Shown: in pieces, positions 1 through 9,847 of the stretch
How the letters are laid out: each line of letters starts with the position of its first letter
Numbering within the stretch: the stretch's first letter is position 1
The notes under the pieces: generated by a model
Told to the model about the DNA's origin: nothing
What the model saw: only the letters and a program-made list of their open reading frames with translations
The model's database searches: none
NCBI GenBank assembly: GCA_038232255.1
Contig: JBBSIF010000001.1
Coordinates: forward strand, 1 to 54,318
Length of the DNA: 54,318 nt
Direction: 5' to 3'
DNA from: Propionibacteriales bacterium
GTDB lineage: Bacteria > Actinomycetota > Actinomycetes > Propionibacteriales > Nocardioidaceae
Program-made: the position numbers and the translations under genes

Positions 1-6
1 CGGCGC

Positions 7-303
7 TCAGGCGATGGGCAGCAGCCGCCCGTTCAGGATGCGCAGCACGTAGAACATCAGCAGCACCAGGAGGATCGTGAAGTCCAGCGTCATCCCCCCG
101 AGCCGCAGCGGCGGCACGAAGCGCCGGACGAGGCGGATCGGGGGGGCGGTGCACGAGTCGACGACCTCGAGTGACCCGACAGCGGGTCCCCGCGGGACCC
201 AGGAGCGGGCGAACATCTGGATCCAGTCGACCACCAGCCGCGTGAGCAGGAGGAGGATGCAGAACCAGAGCACCAGATCGATGATGCTGCCGAGGACCGC
301 CAC
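7..303 (-). CDS. yggT: YggT-family small integral membrane protein
   Basis: 98-aa ORF with GTG start and hydrophobic helices (LVLWFCILLLLTRLVV, ILLVLLMFYVL). It lies directly downstream of sepF, as is usual in actinobacterial dcw clusters. Confidence 0.8.
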   Translation of the reverse strand: MAVLGSIIDLVLWFCILLLLTRLVVDWIQMFARSWVPRGPAVGSLEVVDSCTAPPIRLVRRFVPPLRLGGMTLDFTILLVLLMFYVLRILNGRLLPIA

Positions 304-361
304 GCCCGCAGCCTATCGGGGAGCCCAAGTCCGCTCGAGCGGCGACCGCGGACGCCGCGAC

Positions 362-859
362 TCAGCTCTGGTTGAAGAAGCCGCCTTCTGCTATCCGCTG
401 CTTGTCCTCCGCCGCGACGGTGACGTTCGGCGGTGACAGCAGGAAGACCTTAGCCGTGACGCGCTCGATCGACCCGCGGACGGCGAAGACCAAGCCGGCG
501 GAGAAGTCGACGAGACGCTTGGCGTCGCTGTCGTCCATCTCGGACAGGTTCATGATCACCGGAATGCCCTCGCGGAAGTGCTCTCCGATGGTGCGGGCCT
601 CGTTGTAGGTGCGGGGATGCAGCGTCGTGATCCGCGACAGCTCCGCGACGTTCGACTGCCCCGGAGCGGTCTGGGGCCGACGCCGCTCCGCGAGCGACGA
701 GACCTGGGGACTGCGGTCCTCGCGCACCGGCTGGACGGGCCGCATCACCGTCGCTCCTGAGTGCTGCGGCTGCTCGTCGGAGTACTGGTCGTCCTCGTAG
801 CGGTCCGAGTCCTCGAGCAGGCCCAGATAGACGCCGACCTTGCGCATTGCACCCGCCAT
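362..859 (-). CDS. sepF: Cell division protein SepF
   Basis: N-terminus [17 protein letters not shown] and C-terminal domain ([40 protein letters not shown]) are typical SepF. It sits downstream of ftsZ-pgeF-yggS. Confidence 0.92.
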   Translation of the reverse strand: MAGAMRKVGVYLGLLEDSDRYEDDQYSDEQPQHSGATVMRPVQPVREDRSPQVSSLAERRRPQTAPGQSNVAELSRITTLHPRTYNEARTIGEHFREGIPVIMNLSEMDDSDAKRLVDFSAGLVFAVRGSIERVTAKVFLLSPPNVTVAAEDKQRIAEGGFFNQS

Positions 860-928
860 GACGTGGTCGCCTCCGCTTCGCTAGTCCTCGCCGAGCGAGC
901 CCGTCCGGGCGCTCACCAAGCGCTGAGA

Positions 929-1639
929 CTACCGGAGCGCCGGCCGGCTTCCGAGCACTGCGCGACCGACACGCACGTGTGTCGCGCCCGCTGCGATCGC
1001 CTCCCCGAAGTCCCCGCTCATGCCCGCCGACAGGAGGTCTGCCCTGGGGTGCGAGGCTCTCACGAGACGCCACGTCTCGCTGAGTCGTCCGAAGGCCGGT
1101 GCCGGCGCCGCGGCCAGGGGAGCGACGCCCATCAGCCCGCGTAGCACCAGACCGTCGGTGCCGTCCACCGTCTGAGCCAGCGTGAGCGTCGACTCCGGTG
1201 CCACACCTCCCCGCCCGCTCCCCGTGCCGGCCGGGTCCAGGTTCACCTGCACGAGGGCGGCGACGACCCGCCCCGAGCGCCGGGCTCCCGCGCCGAGGCG
1301 CGCTGCGACGCGGGCCGAGTCGACCGAGTGCACGACGTCGGCGTACGACGCGATCGCCGCAGCCTTGTTGGACTGCACCTGCCCGACGAAGTGCCACGTC
1401 ATCGCGAGGTCGGACAGGGCGCGTGCCTTGTCGCCGGCCTCGGGATGGCGGTTCTCCCCTACGTCTCGCACGCCAAGCTTGTGCAGCACCCGGATGTCCT
1501 GGACCGGGAACGTCTTGGTCACGACAACGAGCGTGATGGCCTCCGGGTTCCGGCCGGCATCGACGGCTGCCGCCTCGATCTGCCCGCGAACGGCCGACAG
1601 GTTCTCAGCGATCTCATCAGTACGCCGTTGCGTCGTCAC
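929..1639 (-). CDS. yggS: YggS-family pyridoxal-phosphate-binding protein
   Basis: Alanine-racemase-N-like fold motifs (VVVTKTFP, GENR, HFVGQVQSNK, LMGVAP). I chose the GTG at 1639 because it makes a GTGA overlap with the pgeF stop. The 273-aa track ORF adds an Arg/Pro-rich, non-homologous extension. Confidence 0.85.
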   Translation of the reverse strand: MTTQRRTDEIAENLSAVRGQIEAAAVDAGRNPEAITLVVVTKTFPVQDIRVLHKLGVRDVGENRHPEAGDKARALSDLAMTWHFVGQVQSNKAAAIASYADVVHSVDSARVAARLGAGARRSGRVVAALVQVNLDPAGTGSGRGGVAPESTLTLAQTVDGTDGLVLRGLMGVAPLAAAPAPAFGRLSETWRLVRASHPRADLLSAGMSGDFGEAIAAGATHVRVGRAVLGSRPALR

Positions 1640-2385
1640 GCCCTCGCAGGCGGGGCGCCTGCCTCGCGCAGCACCACGAGACCGGCGAGGCGCCCGGAGT
1701 CGGCGCCCTGACGGCGGTAGGAGAAGAGGTTCTCGTCCTCCCGCGTGCACGGCGCCGGGTGGTCGATCGGGATGCAGCCGGCCGCCACGAGCTGGGCCAC
1801 CGCTGCAGCACCCAGGTCGAGGGACGACGTTCCCTCCGTCGTGCAGCAGAAGGCAGCGGGTGTGCCGGCCGAGACCTCGCGCCGCAGCTCCGCGGGCACC
1901 TCGTAGCAGCCGCCGCAGATGTGCGGGCCCGTCCAGGCCTCGATCCGCGAGGCGCCGGCGGCCCGCATGGTCCGCGCGGCAGCGGACAGCAACCCAGCGG
2001 CGATGCCGCGTCGGCCGGCGTGCGCGACGCCGACCACGCCCGCGTCCGCGTCGGCCAGCACCACCGGCACGCAGTCGGCGGCCCGCACGCAGAGGGCGAG
2101 CCCCACCGTGCTGGTGACCAGGGCGTCGCAGGTCGGCGGAGGCTGGTCGCCGTCGTGGACTCGCACGACGTCGACGCCGTGCACCTGGCGCATGGACACC
2201 ACGCTGTCCACGCCGAAGGCATCGGTGAGCCGCGACCAGTTCGCCGCCGAGTCCGCCTCGGAGTCCGGTGCGGCGCTCAGGTCGAGGCTGGCGCGCTCAC
2301 CGGTGCTGACCCCGCCCCACCGGTCGGTGAAGGCGACGTCGACGACGACGTTCGCGCCGTCTCGACGGGCGCGGCTGGCGAACAC
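1636..2385 (-). CDS. pgeF: PgeF/YfiH (DUF152, laccase-domain) peptidoglycan editing factor
   Basis: 249-aa ORF with FTDRWGG, DALVT, ADCVPV and HAGRRG motifs characteristic of the YfiH/PgeF family. It occupies the conserved position after ftsZ. Confidence 0.82.
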   Translation of the reverse strand: MFASRARRDGANVVVDVAFTDRWGGVSTGERASLDLSAAPDSEADSAANWSRLTDAFGVDSVVSMRQVHGVDVVRVHDGDQPPPTCDALVTSTVGLALCVRAADCVPVVLADADAGVVGVAHAGRRGIAAGLLSAAARTMRAAGASRIEAWTGPHICGGCYEVPAELRREVSAGTPAAFCCTTEGTSSLDLGAAAVAQLVAAGCIPIDHPAPCTREDENLFSYRRQGADSGRLAGLVVLREAGAPPARA

Positions 2386-2388
2386 CGG

Positions 2389-3552
2389 CTACTTCAGGAA
2401 GTCCGGGACGTCGAGGTCCTCGTTGTCGTCGAAGGGCTCCTGCCGGCTCGGACGCTGCTGTTGCACGGGAGCCGGACCCGTGCCCGTCGAGACCGAGGCC
2501 GGTCCTGCCGGTGCCGGTCCTGTCGCCTGCGGGGACTGCGGAGAGGGCTGGGGCGCGGGAGTGTCGCGCCGCAGCGCTGGCTGGCTCTGGTCACGGCGCT
2601 TGGGCATGCCACCGTCGAACCCAGCGGCTATCACCGTGACCCGCACCTCGTCGCCCAGGGCGTCGTCGATGACGGCGCCGAAGATGATGTTCGCCTCGGC
2701 GTGCGCCGCCTGCGAGACCAGCGCGGCGGCCTCGTTGATCTCGAAGAGCCCGAGGTCCGACCCGCCGGAGATCGACAGCAGGACACCGTGCGCCCCGTCG
2801 ATCGAGGCCTCGAGCAGCGGACTCGAGACGGCCATCTCCGCGGCCACGACAGCCCGGTCGTCGCCGTTGGCGCGGCCGATCCCCATCAGCGCCGAACCCG
2901 CGTTGGACATGACGGACTTCACGTCTGCGAAGTCCAGGTTGATCAGGCCGGGGGTCGTGATGAGGTCCGTGATTCCGGAGACCCCCTGCAGGAGCACCTG
3001 GTCGGCCTGCTTGAAGGCGTCGAGGATGGAGACGCTGCGGTCGGAGATCGAGAGCAGCCTGTCGTTGGGGATCACGATCAGCGTGTCGACCTCCTCGCGG
3101 AGCCCGTCGATCCCCTCCTCGGCCTGGTTCGCCCGGCGCCGGCCCTCGAAGGCGAAGGGCCGGGTGACGACGCCGATCGTCAACGCGCCAAGCGACCGAG
3201 CGATCCGAGCCACGACCGGAGCGCCTCCGGTGCCGGTGCCGCCGCCCTCGCCCGCGGTCACGAAGACCATGTCGGCGCCCTTCAGCACCTCCTCGATCTC
3301 GTCGGCGTGGTCCTCGGCCGCGTGCGCCCCGACCTGGGGGTCCGCTCCGGCGCCGAGCCCGCGCGTCAGCTCCCGGCCGATGTCCAGCTTGACGTCCGCA
3401 TCGCTCATCAGCAGCGCCTGCGCGTCGGTGTTGATGGCGATGAACTCGACGCCCTTGAGACCTACCTCGATCATCCGGTTGATGGCGTTGACGCCGCCTC
3501 CGCCGATGCCGACGACCTTGATGACCGCGAGGTAGTTCTGCGGTGCTGCCAC
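2389..3552 (-). CDS. ftsZ: Cell division GTPase FtsZ
   Basis: Contains [17 protein letters not shown], the tubulin signature GGGTGTGAAPVVA and the C-terminal peptide [10 protein letters not shown]. The GTG at 3552 ([13 protein letters not shown]) is preceded by GGAAGAGG. The upstream 76 codons of the track ORF are not FtsZ-like. Confidence 0.97.
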   Translation of the reverse strand: MAAPQNYLAVIKVVGIGGGGVNAINRMIEVGLKGVEFIAINTDAQALLMSDADVKLDIGRELTRGLGAGADPQVGAHAAEDHADEIEEVLKGADMVFVTAGEGGGTGTGGAPVVARIARSLGALTIGVVTRPFAFEGRRRANQAEEGIDGLREEVDTLIVIPNDRLLSISDRSVSILDAFKQADQVLLQGVSGITDLITTPGLINLDFADVKSVMSNAGSALMGIGRANGDDRAVVAAEMAVSSPLLEASIDGAHGVLLSISGGSDLGLFEINEAAALVSQAAHAEANIIFGAVIDDALGDEVRVTVIAAGFDGGMPKRRDQSQPALRRDTPAPQPSPQSPQATGPAPAGPASVSTGTGPAPVQQQRPSRQEPFDDNEDLDVPDFLK

Positions 3553-3822
3553 GATGATGCCTCTTCCGGTGTTCGGGGCGGCCTGAGGGGCCACTGTGCG
3601 GCTGGGGAGCGGGCGTTGCGGCCGGCCCACTGGCGGGGAACGTGCGATGACGTCAACTCTCAGGCTGGACTTCACTCTGACAGTCGGGGAAGGACCAGAC
3701 GTCGGCGTCAGGCACCAAACTAGGCCACGGCGCGGAGGCCAGGCAAGCCGCTCCTCGAGCCAAACAATCGACCTCTGCATGAGGTTGCGCTCCGTTGACC
3801 ACGAGCTCCCCGGACCGCCGCC
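3553..3822 (-). promoter_or_regulatory. ftsQ-ftsZ intergenic region, probable ftsZ promoter(s)
   Basis: This 270-nt non-coding gap is the only long spacer inside the otherwise tightly packed mur/fts block. In other actinobacteria the main ftsZ promoters map to this spacer. I could not confidently assign -10/-35 hexamers. Confidence 0.35.
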
Positions 3823-4551
3823 TCACTCTCGCGTCGCTGGGTGCGAGGGCACGCTGACGTCGATCGTCTGCGCCCTGGTGTGCAAGAGGACCTTGACCAC
3901 CGCCGCTTTCTGCGCCGACTGAGCGGCGCTGCCCCACCGGACCTCGCGACCGTCCTTGGTCAGCAAGGTGATGGAGTCCATGGACGCTGCTCGGACTCGT
4001 CGCAGGGCGGCAAGGATGTCTGGCGGTAGCACGCGCAGCGCCGCAGCCACCTGCCCCAGCGTGTCCGGTCCGGGCGAGCCGTCCAGCTCGACAATCGGCA
4101 GGGCCTTGTCGCGTCCGGGCGTCCGGAGGTACAGCAGCCCCGTCTCGTCCATGAGCCGCCAGCTTCCGTCGCGGAAGACGGCGGCGACCGCCCGTCGGTC
4201 GATGACCCGCACGACCACGGTGTGCGGCCACTGCCGGGCGACGGTTGCCGACGCGACGGTCGGCAGGGCCTCCACCCGCGCCCGGATCCCCGCGACGTCG
4301 ACTCGGGCCAGCGGAGTGCCGAGGTCCACGTGGGCCGCCCGCGTCACCTGGAGCCGGGAGGTCGCGGCACCGGTTCCCTCGACCTTCAGGGTGCGGACCC
4401 CGAGCCAGGACGAGAACAGCAGGATCCACCCCAGGACGGCCGCAGCGGCGACCAGTGCCGCCGCCAGCAGCCACCACCGCCACCTGCGCAGCCGAGAGGT
4501 CCACCGCCGCGGAGGCAGGCCTGTCACCCGGTCGAGCGTGGTGGTCGTCAT
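3823..4551 (-). CDS. ftsQ: Cell division protein FtsQ (POTRA domain)
   Basis: The ATG at 4551 makes an ATGA overlap with the murC stop. The protein has a single TM helix (WWLLAAALVAAAAVLGWILLF) followed by a POTRA/FtsQ-type domain (VRTLKVEGT...VARQWPHTVVVRV). Confidence 0.85.
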   Translation of the reverse strand: MTTTTLDRVTGLPPRRWTSRLRRWRWWLLAAALVAAAAVLGWILLFSSWLGVRTLKVEGTGAATSRLQVTRAAHVDLGTPLARVDVAGIRARVEALPTVASATVARQWPHTVVVRVIDRRAVAAVFRDGSWRLMDETGLLYLRTPGRDKALPIVELDGSPGPDTLGQVAAALRVLPPDILAALRRVRAASMDSITLLTKDGREVRWGSAAQSAQKAAVVKVLLHTRAQTIDVSVPSHPATRE

Positions 4552-5978
4552 CCCTGCTCCTTCTGCCGGAGTTCGCCGAGCCGAGCCAGCACCAGAGGTC
4601 CGATGTCGGTCACGTCGCCGGCACCGAGCGTCAGGAGCAGGTCGCCCTGGCGCGTGAGATCCACGAGCCGGTCCACGACGCGGCTCCGAGCCGGCTCGTA
4701 CACCACCTCCCCGCCTGCCGCCGCCGCCGCGTCGGCCACGATCGCGCCGGAGATGCCGTCCTTCGGCCCCTCTCTCGCGGCGTACACGTCCATCACCACC
4801 GTGACGTCGGCGGCAGCGAGCTCGACACCCATCTCGTCTCCGAGCAGGTGAGTGCGGCTGAACAGGTGCGGCTGGAAGCACACGACGACCCGGCTTCGCC
4901 CGGCGAGCGCCCGAGCTGCCCGGAGGTCGGCCTGGATCTCGGCGGGATGGTGCGCGTAGCTGTCGTACACGCGGATGCCTCCGCACGTGCCCTTGGACTC
5001 CATCCGCCGGCTGCTGCCACGGAAGCTCGCGAGGCCTCGGACCAGGTCGTCGAAACCGTAGCCGAGCTCAAGCCCCGCGGCCAGCGCCGCCACCGCGTCC
5101 ACGACGTAGACCGGCCCCGGGACGCGCAGCGTCAGCTCGCCCATCGGGCGGCCGTCGAGCAGGAGCGACGACGTCGAGCCCTGCTCGCCCGACCGGATGT
5201 CGACCGCCCGCATCGTCGCGGCGGAGCTCGTGCCGACCGTCGTGGTGCGCAGGCCGACGTCGAGGCTCCGGCCCGCGAGCCTTCGCCCGCCCGGGTCGTC
5301 GACGCCACAGACGCAGAAGCCCCCGTCCTCGACCCTGAGCAGGAACGCGTCGAAGACCTCCGCGTAGGCGCGTGCAGAGCCGAAGAAGTCGAGGTGGTCG
5401 ACGTCGACGTTCGTCACGACCGCCCCGTAGGGCAAGTAGACGAGGATGGCGGCGTCGCTCTCGTCGCCCTCGGCCACGAACAGGGGATCGCTGCCGGCGG
5501 CTGCGTTGAGTCCTGACGACGTGAGCGTCGATCCGATGGCGTACGACGGGTCCGCACCAGCGGCCAGCAGTGCGGTGACGAGCATGGACGTCGTGGTCGT
5601 CTTGCCATGGGTGCCGGTGACGACGACCGCCCGCTGGCCGAGCAGCAGGGACTGGACGGCGGCCGAGCGCGGCCACACGCGCAGGCTGTCCGCGAGGGCC
5701 CGGACGACCTCCGGGTTGTCGGCCCCGACGGCCGCCGAGACGACGACCGTGTCTGCTCCGCGCACCTGGCTCGCGTGGTGGCCAACGAAACAGGCGACGC
5801 CGAGAGCAGTGAGGGAGTGCAGCAACGGCGAGTCCTGCGCGTCGCTGCCGGACACCCGGATCCCCCGGGCGACCATGAGCCGCGCGAGTCCCGACAGGGC
5901 GGCACCTCCGATGCCGACGAAGTGGACGGCTCCGAGCTCCTCCGCGGCCATGATGTGCGACGGGATGGGCAGCCTCAC
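4548..5978 (-). CDS. murC: UDP-N-acetylmuramate--L-alanine ligase MurC
   Basis: Contains VHFVGIGGAALSGLA and the Mur ligase P-loop VTGTHGKTTTTSM. The start is either the GTG at 5978 (GTGA overlap with the murG stop) or the ATG at 5951. The longer track ORF to 6347 runs antisense into murG. Confidence 0.92.
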   Translation of the reverse strand: MRLPIPSHIMAAEELGAVHFVGIGGAALSGLARLMVARGIRVSGSDAQDSPLLHSLTALGVACFVGHHASQVRGADTVVVSAAVGADNPEVVRALADSLRVWPRSAAVQSLLLGQRAVVVTGTHGKTTTTSMLVTALLAAGADPSYAIGSTLTSSGLNAAAGSDPLFVAEGDESDAAILVYLPYGAVVTNVDVDHLDFFGSARAYAEVFDAFLLRVEDGGFCVCGVDDPGGRRLAGRSLDVGLRTTTVGTSSAATMRAVDIRSGEQGSTSSLLLDGRPMGELTLRVPGPVYVVDAVAALAAGLELGYGFDDLVRGLASFRGSSRRMESKGTCGGIRVYDSYAHHPAEIQADLRAARALAGRSRVVVCFQPHLFSRTHLLGDEMGVELAAADVTVVMDVYAAREGPKDGISGAIVADAAAAAGGEVVYEPARSRVVDRLVDLTRQGDLLLTLGAGDVTDIGPLVLARLGELRQKEQG

Positions 5979-7072
5979 CGCTGCACGGCCTCGAAGACCA
6001 TGCGCGCCAGCACCTCGTCGGCGTCGCGCCGCATCAGGCTCCGTGCGGCCGATCCCATGTGTGCCAACCGGGCCGGGTCGTTCAGCAGCGCCGGAAGCTG
6101 TTCCGACGCCCACGCCGGCGTGAAGTCCGCGTTGTCGACGAGCAGCGCGCCGCCCGCCCGCACGACGGCCTCGGCGTTCAGCCGCTGCTCCCCGTTGCCG
6201 ATCGGGAGCGGGACGAACACCGCGGGCAGCCCGAGGACCGCGGCCTCCGTGACCGAGCTCGCGCCCGCCCGGCACACCGTCGCGTCTGCGACGGCATAGG
6301 CGCGCTCCATCGCGTCGACGAACGGCAGGACGACGTACGGCGGCCATCCCGCCGGCCGATCGACGGGCAGCGTCACCGACCCCGTGGGGCCTATGACGTG
6401 CAGCACCTGGACGCCGGCCTCGGCCAGCGCCCGGACGGCGGCGCTCATCGTCTCGTTGATGCGGGCGGCGCCCTGCGAGCCTCCCGTCACGAGCAGGGTC
6501 GGCAGCGCCGGGTCGAGGCCGAGCTCTGCACAGGCACCGGCCCTGGCCGCCGCCCGGTCGAGCCGGGAGATCGACAGTCGGATCGGCAACCCGGTGAACG
6601 TTGCGTGCGGCAGCCGGGTACCGGGGAACGACGTGGCGACCCGGTCGGTGCAGAACCGGGCGCCGAACCGGTTGGCAACACCTGGCAACGCGTTCCCCTC
6701 ATGGATGACGAGAGGCAGGCGGCGTCGCCGCGTCGCGAGATAGGCAGGCATCGACACGTAGCCGCCGAAGCCCACGACGACGTCCGGCTCGACGCGTCGC
6801 AGCACCTCGCCCGCAGCCCGCACCGCCGCTCGGAGTCGCAGGGGGACGCGGGCGAGGTCGAGCCCGAGCTGCCGGGGCAGCGGCACGGGCGGGATGAGCT
6901 CGAGGCGATAGCCGGCTGCCGACACCACTCGCGACTCCAGGCCGCGCGCCGTGCCCAGGCAGACGATCTCGGTGTCCGGCTCCAGCCTCCGCATCGCATC
7001 TGCCGTCGCGAGCATCGGGGACGTGTGCCCGGCCGAGCCGCCCCCAGCCAGCAGGGCGCGCACCTTCCCCAC
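5975..7072 (-). CDS. murG: UDP-N-acetylglucosamine--lipid I transferase MurG
   Basis: Contains LAGGGSAGHTSP, GGYVS, TGGSQGA and AGASSVTE motifs. It holds the dcw position between ftsW and murC. Confidence 0.93.
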   Translation of the reverse strand: MGKVRALLAGGGSAGHTSPMLATADAMRRLEPDTEIVCLGTARGLESRVVSAAGYRLELIPPVPLPRQLGLDLARVPLRLRAAVRAAGEVLRRVEPDVVVGFGGYVSMPAYLATRRRRLPLVIHEGNALPGVANRFGARFCTDRVATSFPGTRLPHATFTGLPIRLSISRLDRAAARAGACAELGLDPALPTLLVTGGSQGAARINETMSAAVRALAEAGVQVLHVIGPTGSVTLPVDRPAGWPPYVVLPFVDAMERAYAVADATVCRAGASSVTEAAVLGLPAVFVPLPIGNGEQRLNAEAVVRAGGALLVDNADFTPAWASEQLPALLNDPARLAHMGSAARSLMRRDADEVLARMVFEAVQR

Positions 7073-7075
7073 CCG

Positions 7076-8326
7076 CTACGCCTCCTGGCCGCTGCGCCTG
7101 CTCATCCGCCGGCGCCGCCGCTCGTTGCGCCGTTCCTGCAGCGCAGCCGCAGCCGCCGGCTCGGTGCGGGAGAAGCCCAGCAGCAGACCGAGGGACACGA
7201 GCGTCGGGACGAGGGCGGAGCCGCCGTAGGAGATGAGCGGGAGAGGGATGCCGATCACCGGAAGCAACCCCAGCACCATGCCGACGTTGATCAGCGCCTG
7301 GGAGAGCAGCCAGACGACGATGCCGGCGGAGGCGTACCTGACGAAGCGGTTGGACGTGCGCGCCGCGATGCGGATGCCCGCGTACGCGAGGGCGGCGAAG
7401 AGCGCCAGCACGGCAAGCGTGCCGAAGAGGCCGAACTCCTCACCGATGATCGCGAAGATGAAGTCGGTGTGGGCGCCCGGCAGGTTGCCCCACTTCTGGC
7501 TGCTCGCGCCGATTCCGGACCCCCACAGGCCGCCGGTGGCCAGCGCGAAGAAGCCGTGGCTGGCCTGCCAGCCCTGGCTGCCGTACTCGGCGATCGGGTT
7601 GAGGAAGCCGGTCAGCCGGGCGACCCGCTCCGGCTGCGAGGCCGCGAGGCCGAAGGCCAGCACGCCGACGACGAGGAACGAGCCGATGAAGAGCCGAGCC
7701 GGCGCACCCACGACCCAGAGCATGCCGAGCACGATCGCGAACAGCACGAGCGCGGTTCCGAGGTCACCCTGCAGGACGACGAGCCCGACGACGAGCGCGC
7801 AGACCGGCATCATCGGAACCAGCACATGACGCCACTGGGTGAGGAGCTTGTCCTTGCGGCTGAACACGTCGGCGCACCACAGCACCATGGCCAGCTTCGC
7901 GAGCTCGGAGGGCTGGATGAGGAACGGCCCACCGAGAGAGAGCCAGTTGCGGTTGCCGTTGACGGACACACCGAAGCCCGGGACGTAGGTGAGGGCGATG
8001 AGGAAGATCGACAGCAGCAGCGCCCACCAGGCGCCGAACCGGATGAGGCCGATCGGCAGCCGCGCGGCGACCAGCGCCATCGGAACACCGACGAGGACCC
8101 AGATGGCCTGCTTCGTGAAGATCGCGTAGGAGTTGCCGTATTCGTTGAGAGACGTGACGCTCGAGGCACTCAGCACCATCAGCAGCCCGAGGCACAGCAG
8201 CAGCCCCGAGACCCCCAGCACGAGGTGGTAGGAGGTCAGCGGCTTGTCGAGCGTGCGCTTGAGCCCGGCGCGCAGTCCCGGCGACGCTGCGCCGACGCGC
8301 CATCTCTCCTCACTCGCAGTCGCCAC
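7076..8326 (-). CDS. ftsW: Peptidoglycan glycosyltransferase FtsW (SEDS family)
   Basis: Multi-TM SEDS protein with LQPSELAKL, HTDFIFAIIGEE and PLPLISYGGSA motifs. The GTG at 8326 is preceded by GAGGAAGGG. Confidence 0.93.
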   Translation of the reverse strand: MATASEERWRVGAASPGLRAGLKRTLDKPLTSYHLVLGVSGLLLCLGLLMVLSASSVTSLNEYGNSYAIFTKQAIWVLVGVPMALVAARLPIGLIRFGAWWALLLSIFLIALTYVPGFGVSVNGNRNWLSLGGPFLIQPSELAKLAMVLWCADVFSRKDKLLTQWRHVLVPMMPVCALVVGLVVLQGDLGTALVLFAIVLGMLWVVGAPARLFIGSFLVVGVLAFGLAASQPERVARLTGFLNPIAEYGSQGWQASHGFFALATGGLWGSGIGASSQKWGNLPGAHTDFIFAIIGEEFGLFGTLAVLALFAALAYAGIRIAARTSNRFVRYASAGIVVWLLSQALINVGMVLGLLPVIGIPLPLISYGGSALVPTLVSLGLLLGFSRTEPAAAAALQERRNERRRRRMSRRSGQEA

Positions 8327-8379
8327 GTCCGCCCTTCCTCGAGTACCTCGCCGACAGGTGTCCGACGTGCGAGCCGCGG

Positions 8380-9840
8380 TCAGCGCTCGCGAAGCCGCCG
8401 AACCGCTGCGACGAAGGCGTCGCCGCGAGCCGCGTAGTCCGCGAACATGTCCTGGGACGCGCAGGCGGGAGCAAGCAGCACCGTGTCACCGGACCTGGCC
8501 ACCGCCGCGGCCGCCGCGACCACGCGTTCCATGGCACCAGTCTCGGTGTCCGGCACGTCGATCACCGGCACATCTGGTGCGTGTCGTGCCAGGGCCGCCG
8601 CGATGAGCTCGCGGTCGGCTCCCAGCAGCACGACAGTCCGGAGACGCTCGCGTACGGCGACCACCAGGTCGTCGAACTGCGCCCCCTTGGCGAGCCCTCC
8701 AGCGATCCACACGACCGACTCGGAGGCCTGCAACGACGCCTGCGCCGCATGGGGGTTGGTGGCCTTCGAGTCGTCCACGAACGTGACGCCGTCCAGGCTG
8801 GCGACGACGCTCAGCCGATGCCGGTCCAGCTGGAAGCCCGTAAGCCCCCGGCGCACCGAGCCGGCCGCGACGCCGTGCGCACGGGCGAGCGCGGCGGCGG
8901 CCAGAGCGTTGGCGACGTTGTGCGGCGCGCCGCCCGGGACGTCGCCGACCCGGGCGAGCTCCGCAGCGCTGTGCGCACGCCCCGCCACGAACGCGCGGTC
9001 CGCGAGGACGTCGTCGACCACGCCGACCATTCCGACGGCGGGTACACCGAGGGTGAAGCCGATCGCCCGGCACCCTTCGACGACCTCCGCCTCCTCGACG
9101 AATCGGCGGGTCCTCTGGTCCTGGACGTTGTAGACGCACGCCAGCTGGCAGCGGGTGTAGATCGTCGCCTTCGCGGCCTCATAGCTGGCCATGTCGCCGT
9201 GCCAGGTGAGGTGGTCAGGTGCGACGTTGAGCACGACGGCGGCCTCGGCCGACAGGGAGCTCATCCAGTGCAGCTGGTGCGACGACAGCTCGACGGCGAG
9301 CACGTCGTACGGCTGCGGGTCCATGACGACCTCACACACCGGGAGTCCCACATTTCCGGTGGCAACCGTGCGGAGGCCGTCGGCATGCAGCATCGACGCG
9401 AGCATCTGCACGGTCGTGGTCTTGCCGTTCGTCCCGGTGACGCACAGCCACGGGGCGGAGTGCTGCGGGTCCCTCAGCCGCCACGCCAGCTCGACCTCTC
9501 CCCAGACCGGCAGCCCGGCAGCCGCGGCCGCCGCGAGCAGCGGCGTGCCGGGCGGCAGGCCGGGAGTCGTGACCACGAGGTCCAGCTCTGCCGGCAGCGT
9601 GTGCGTCGATCCCGGACCCATCCGTACGTCGGCTCCGAGGATCTCGAGCAGCGTCGCCTTGTCCCGCGCGGACTCGCTCACCCCGTCGTCCAGGACGACG
9701 ACCTGCGCGCCCATGTGCATCAGCGCGTCCGAGGCGGCGAACCCGGAGACCCCGAGCCCGCCGACGACGCACGAGCGGACCTGCTGCCACGGGGACAGCC
9801 GGTCGGCGGATGCGAGCCATCCGAGGCGGTCCACACTCAC
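8380..9840 (-). CDS. murD: UDP-N-acetylmuramoylalanine--D-glutamate ligase MurD
   Basis: Contains VVGGLGVSGFA and VTGTNGKTTTVQM. I chose the GTG at 9840, just after the mraY stop. The track start at 9891 would overlap mraY by 44 nt. Confidence 0.92.
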   Translation of the reverse strand: MSVDRLGWLASADRLSPWQQVRSCVVGGLGVSGFAASDALMHMGAQVVVLDDGVSESARDKATLLEILGADVRMGPGSTHTLPAELDLVVTTPGLPPGTPLLAAAAAAGLPVWGEVELAWRLRDPQHSAPWLCVTGTNGKTTTVQMLASMLHADGLRTVATGNVGLPVCEVVMDPQPYDVLAVELSSHQLHWMSSLSAEAAVVLNVAPDHLTWHGDMASYEAAKATIYTRCQLACVYNVQDQRTRRFVEEAEVVEGCRAIGFTLGVPAVGMVGVVDDVLADRAFVAGRAHSAAELARVGDVPGGAPHNVANALAAAALARAHGVAAGSVRRGLTGFQLDRHRLSVVASLDGVTFVDDSKATNPHAAQASLQASESVVWIAGGLAKGAQFDDLVVAVRERLRTVVLLGADRELIAAALARHAPDVPVIDVPDTETGAMERVVAAAAAVARSGDTVLLAPACASQDMFADYAARGDAFVAAVRRLRER

Positions 9841-9847
9841 CGGCGGC

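Noticed and set aside
1759-3723. 654-aa plus-strand ORF antisense to ftsZ/pgeF. Similar giant ORFs occur at 6059-8437 (792 aa), 26777-30448 (1223 aa), 38438-41323 (961 aa), 20391-22334 (647 aa), 34563-36758 (731 aa) and the upstream part of 47575-50487 (970 aa).
   Set aside because: Their products are Arg/Pro/Gly/Ala-rich and low in complexity, with no recognisable motifs. They lie opposite genes with unambiguous homology. Stop-poor antisense frames are expected in very GC-rich DNA.
3553-6347. Long N-terminal extensions in the track ORFs of ftsZ (to 3780), ftsQ (to 4986) and murC (to 6347). The same occurs for dnaE2 (to 31147), plsC (to 42585), glk (to 47165) and the RipC-like gene (to 53947).
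   Set aside because: The extensions are Arg/Pro-rich, lack homology, overlap upstream genes or promoters, and have better-supported internal starts (SD motifs or ATGA/GTGA coupling).
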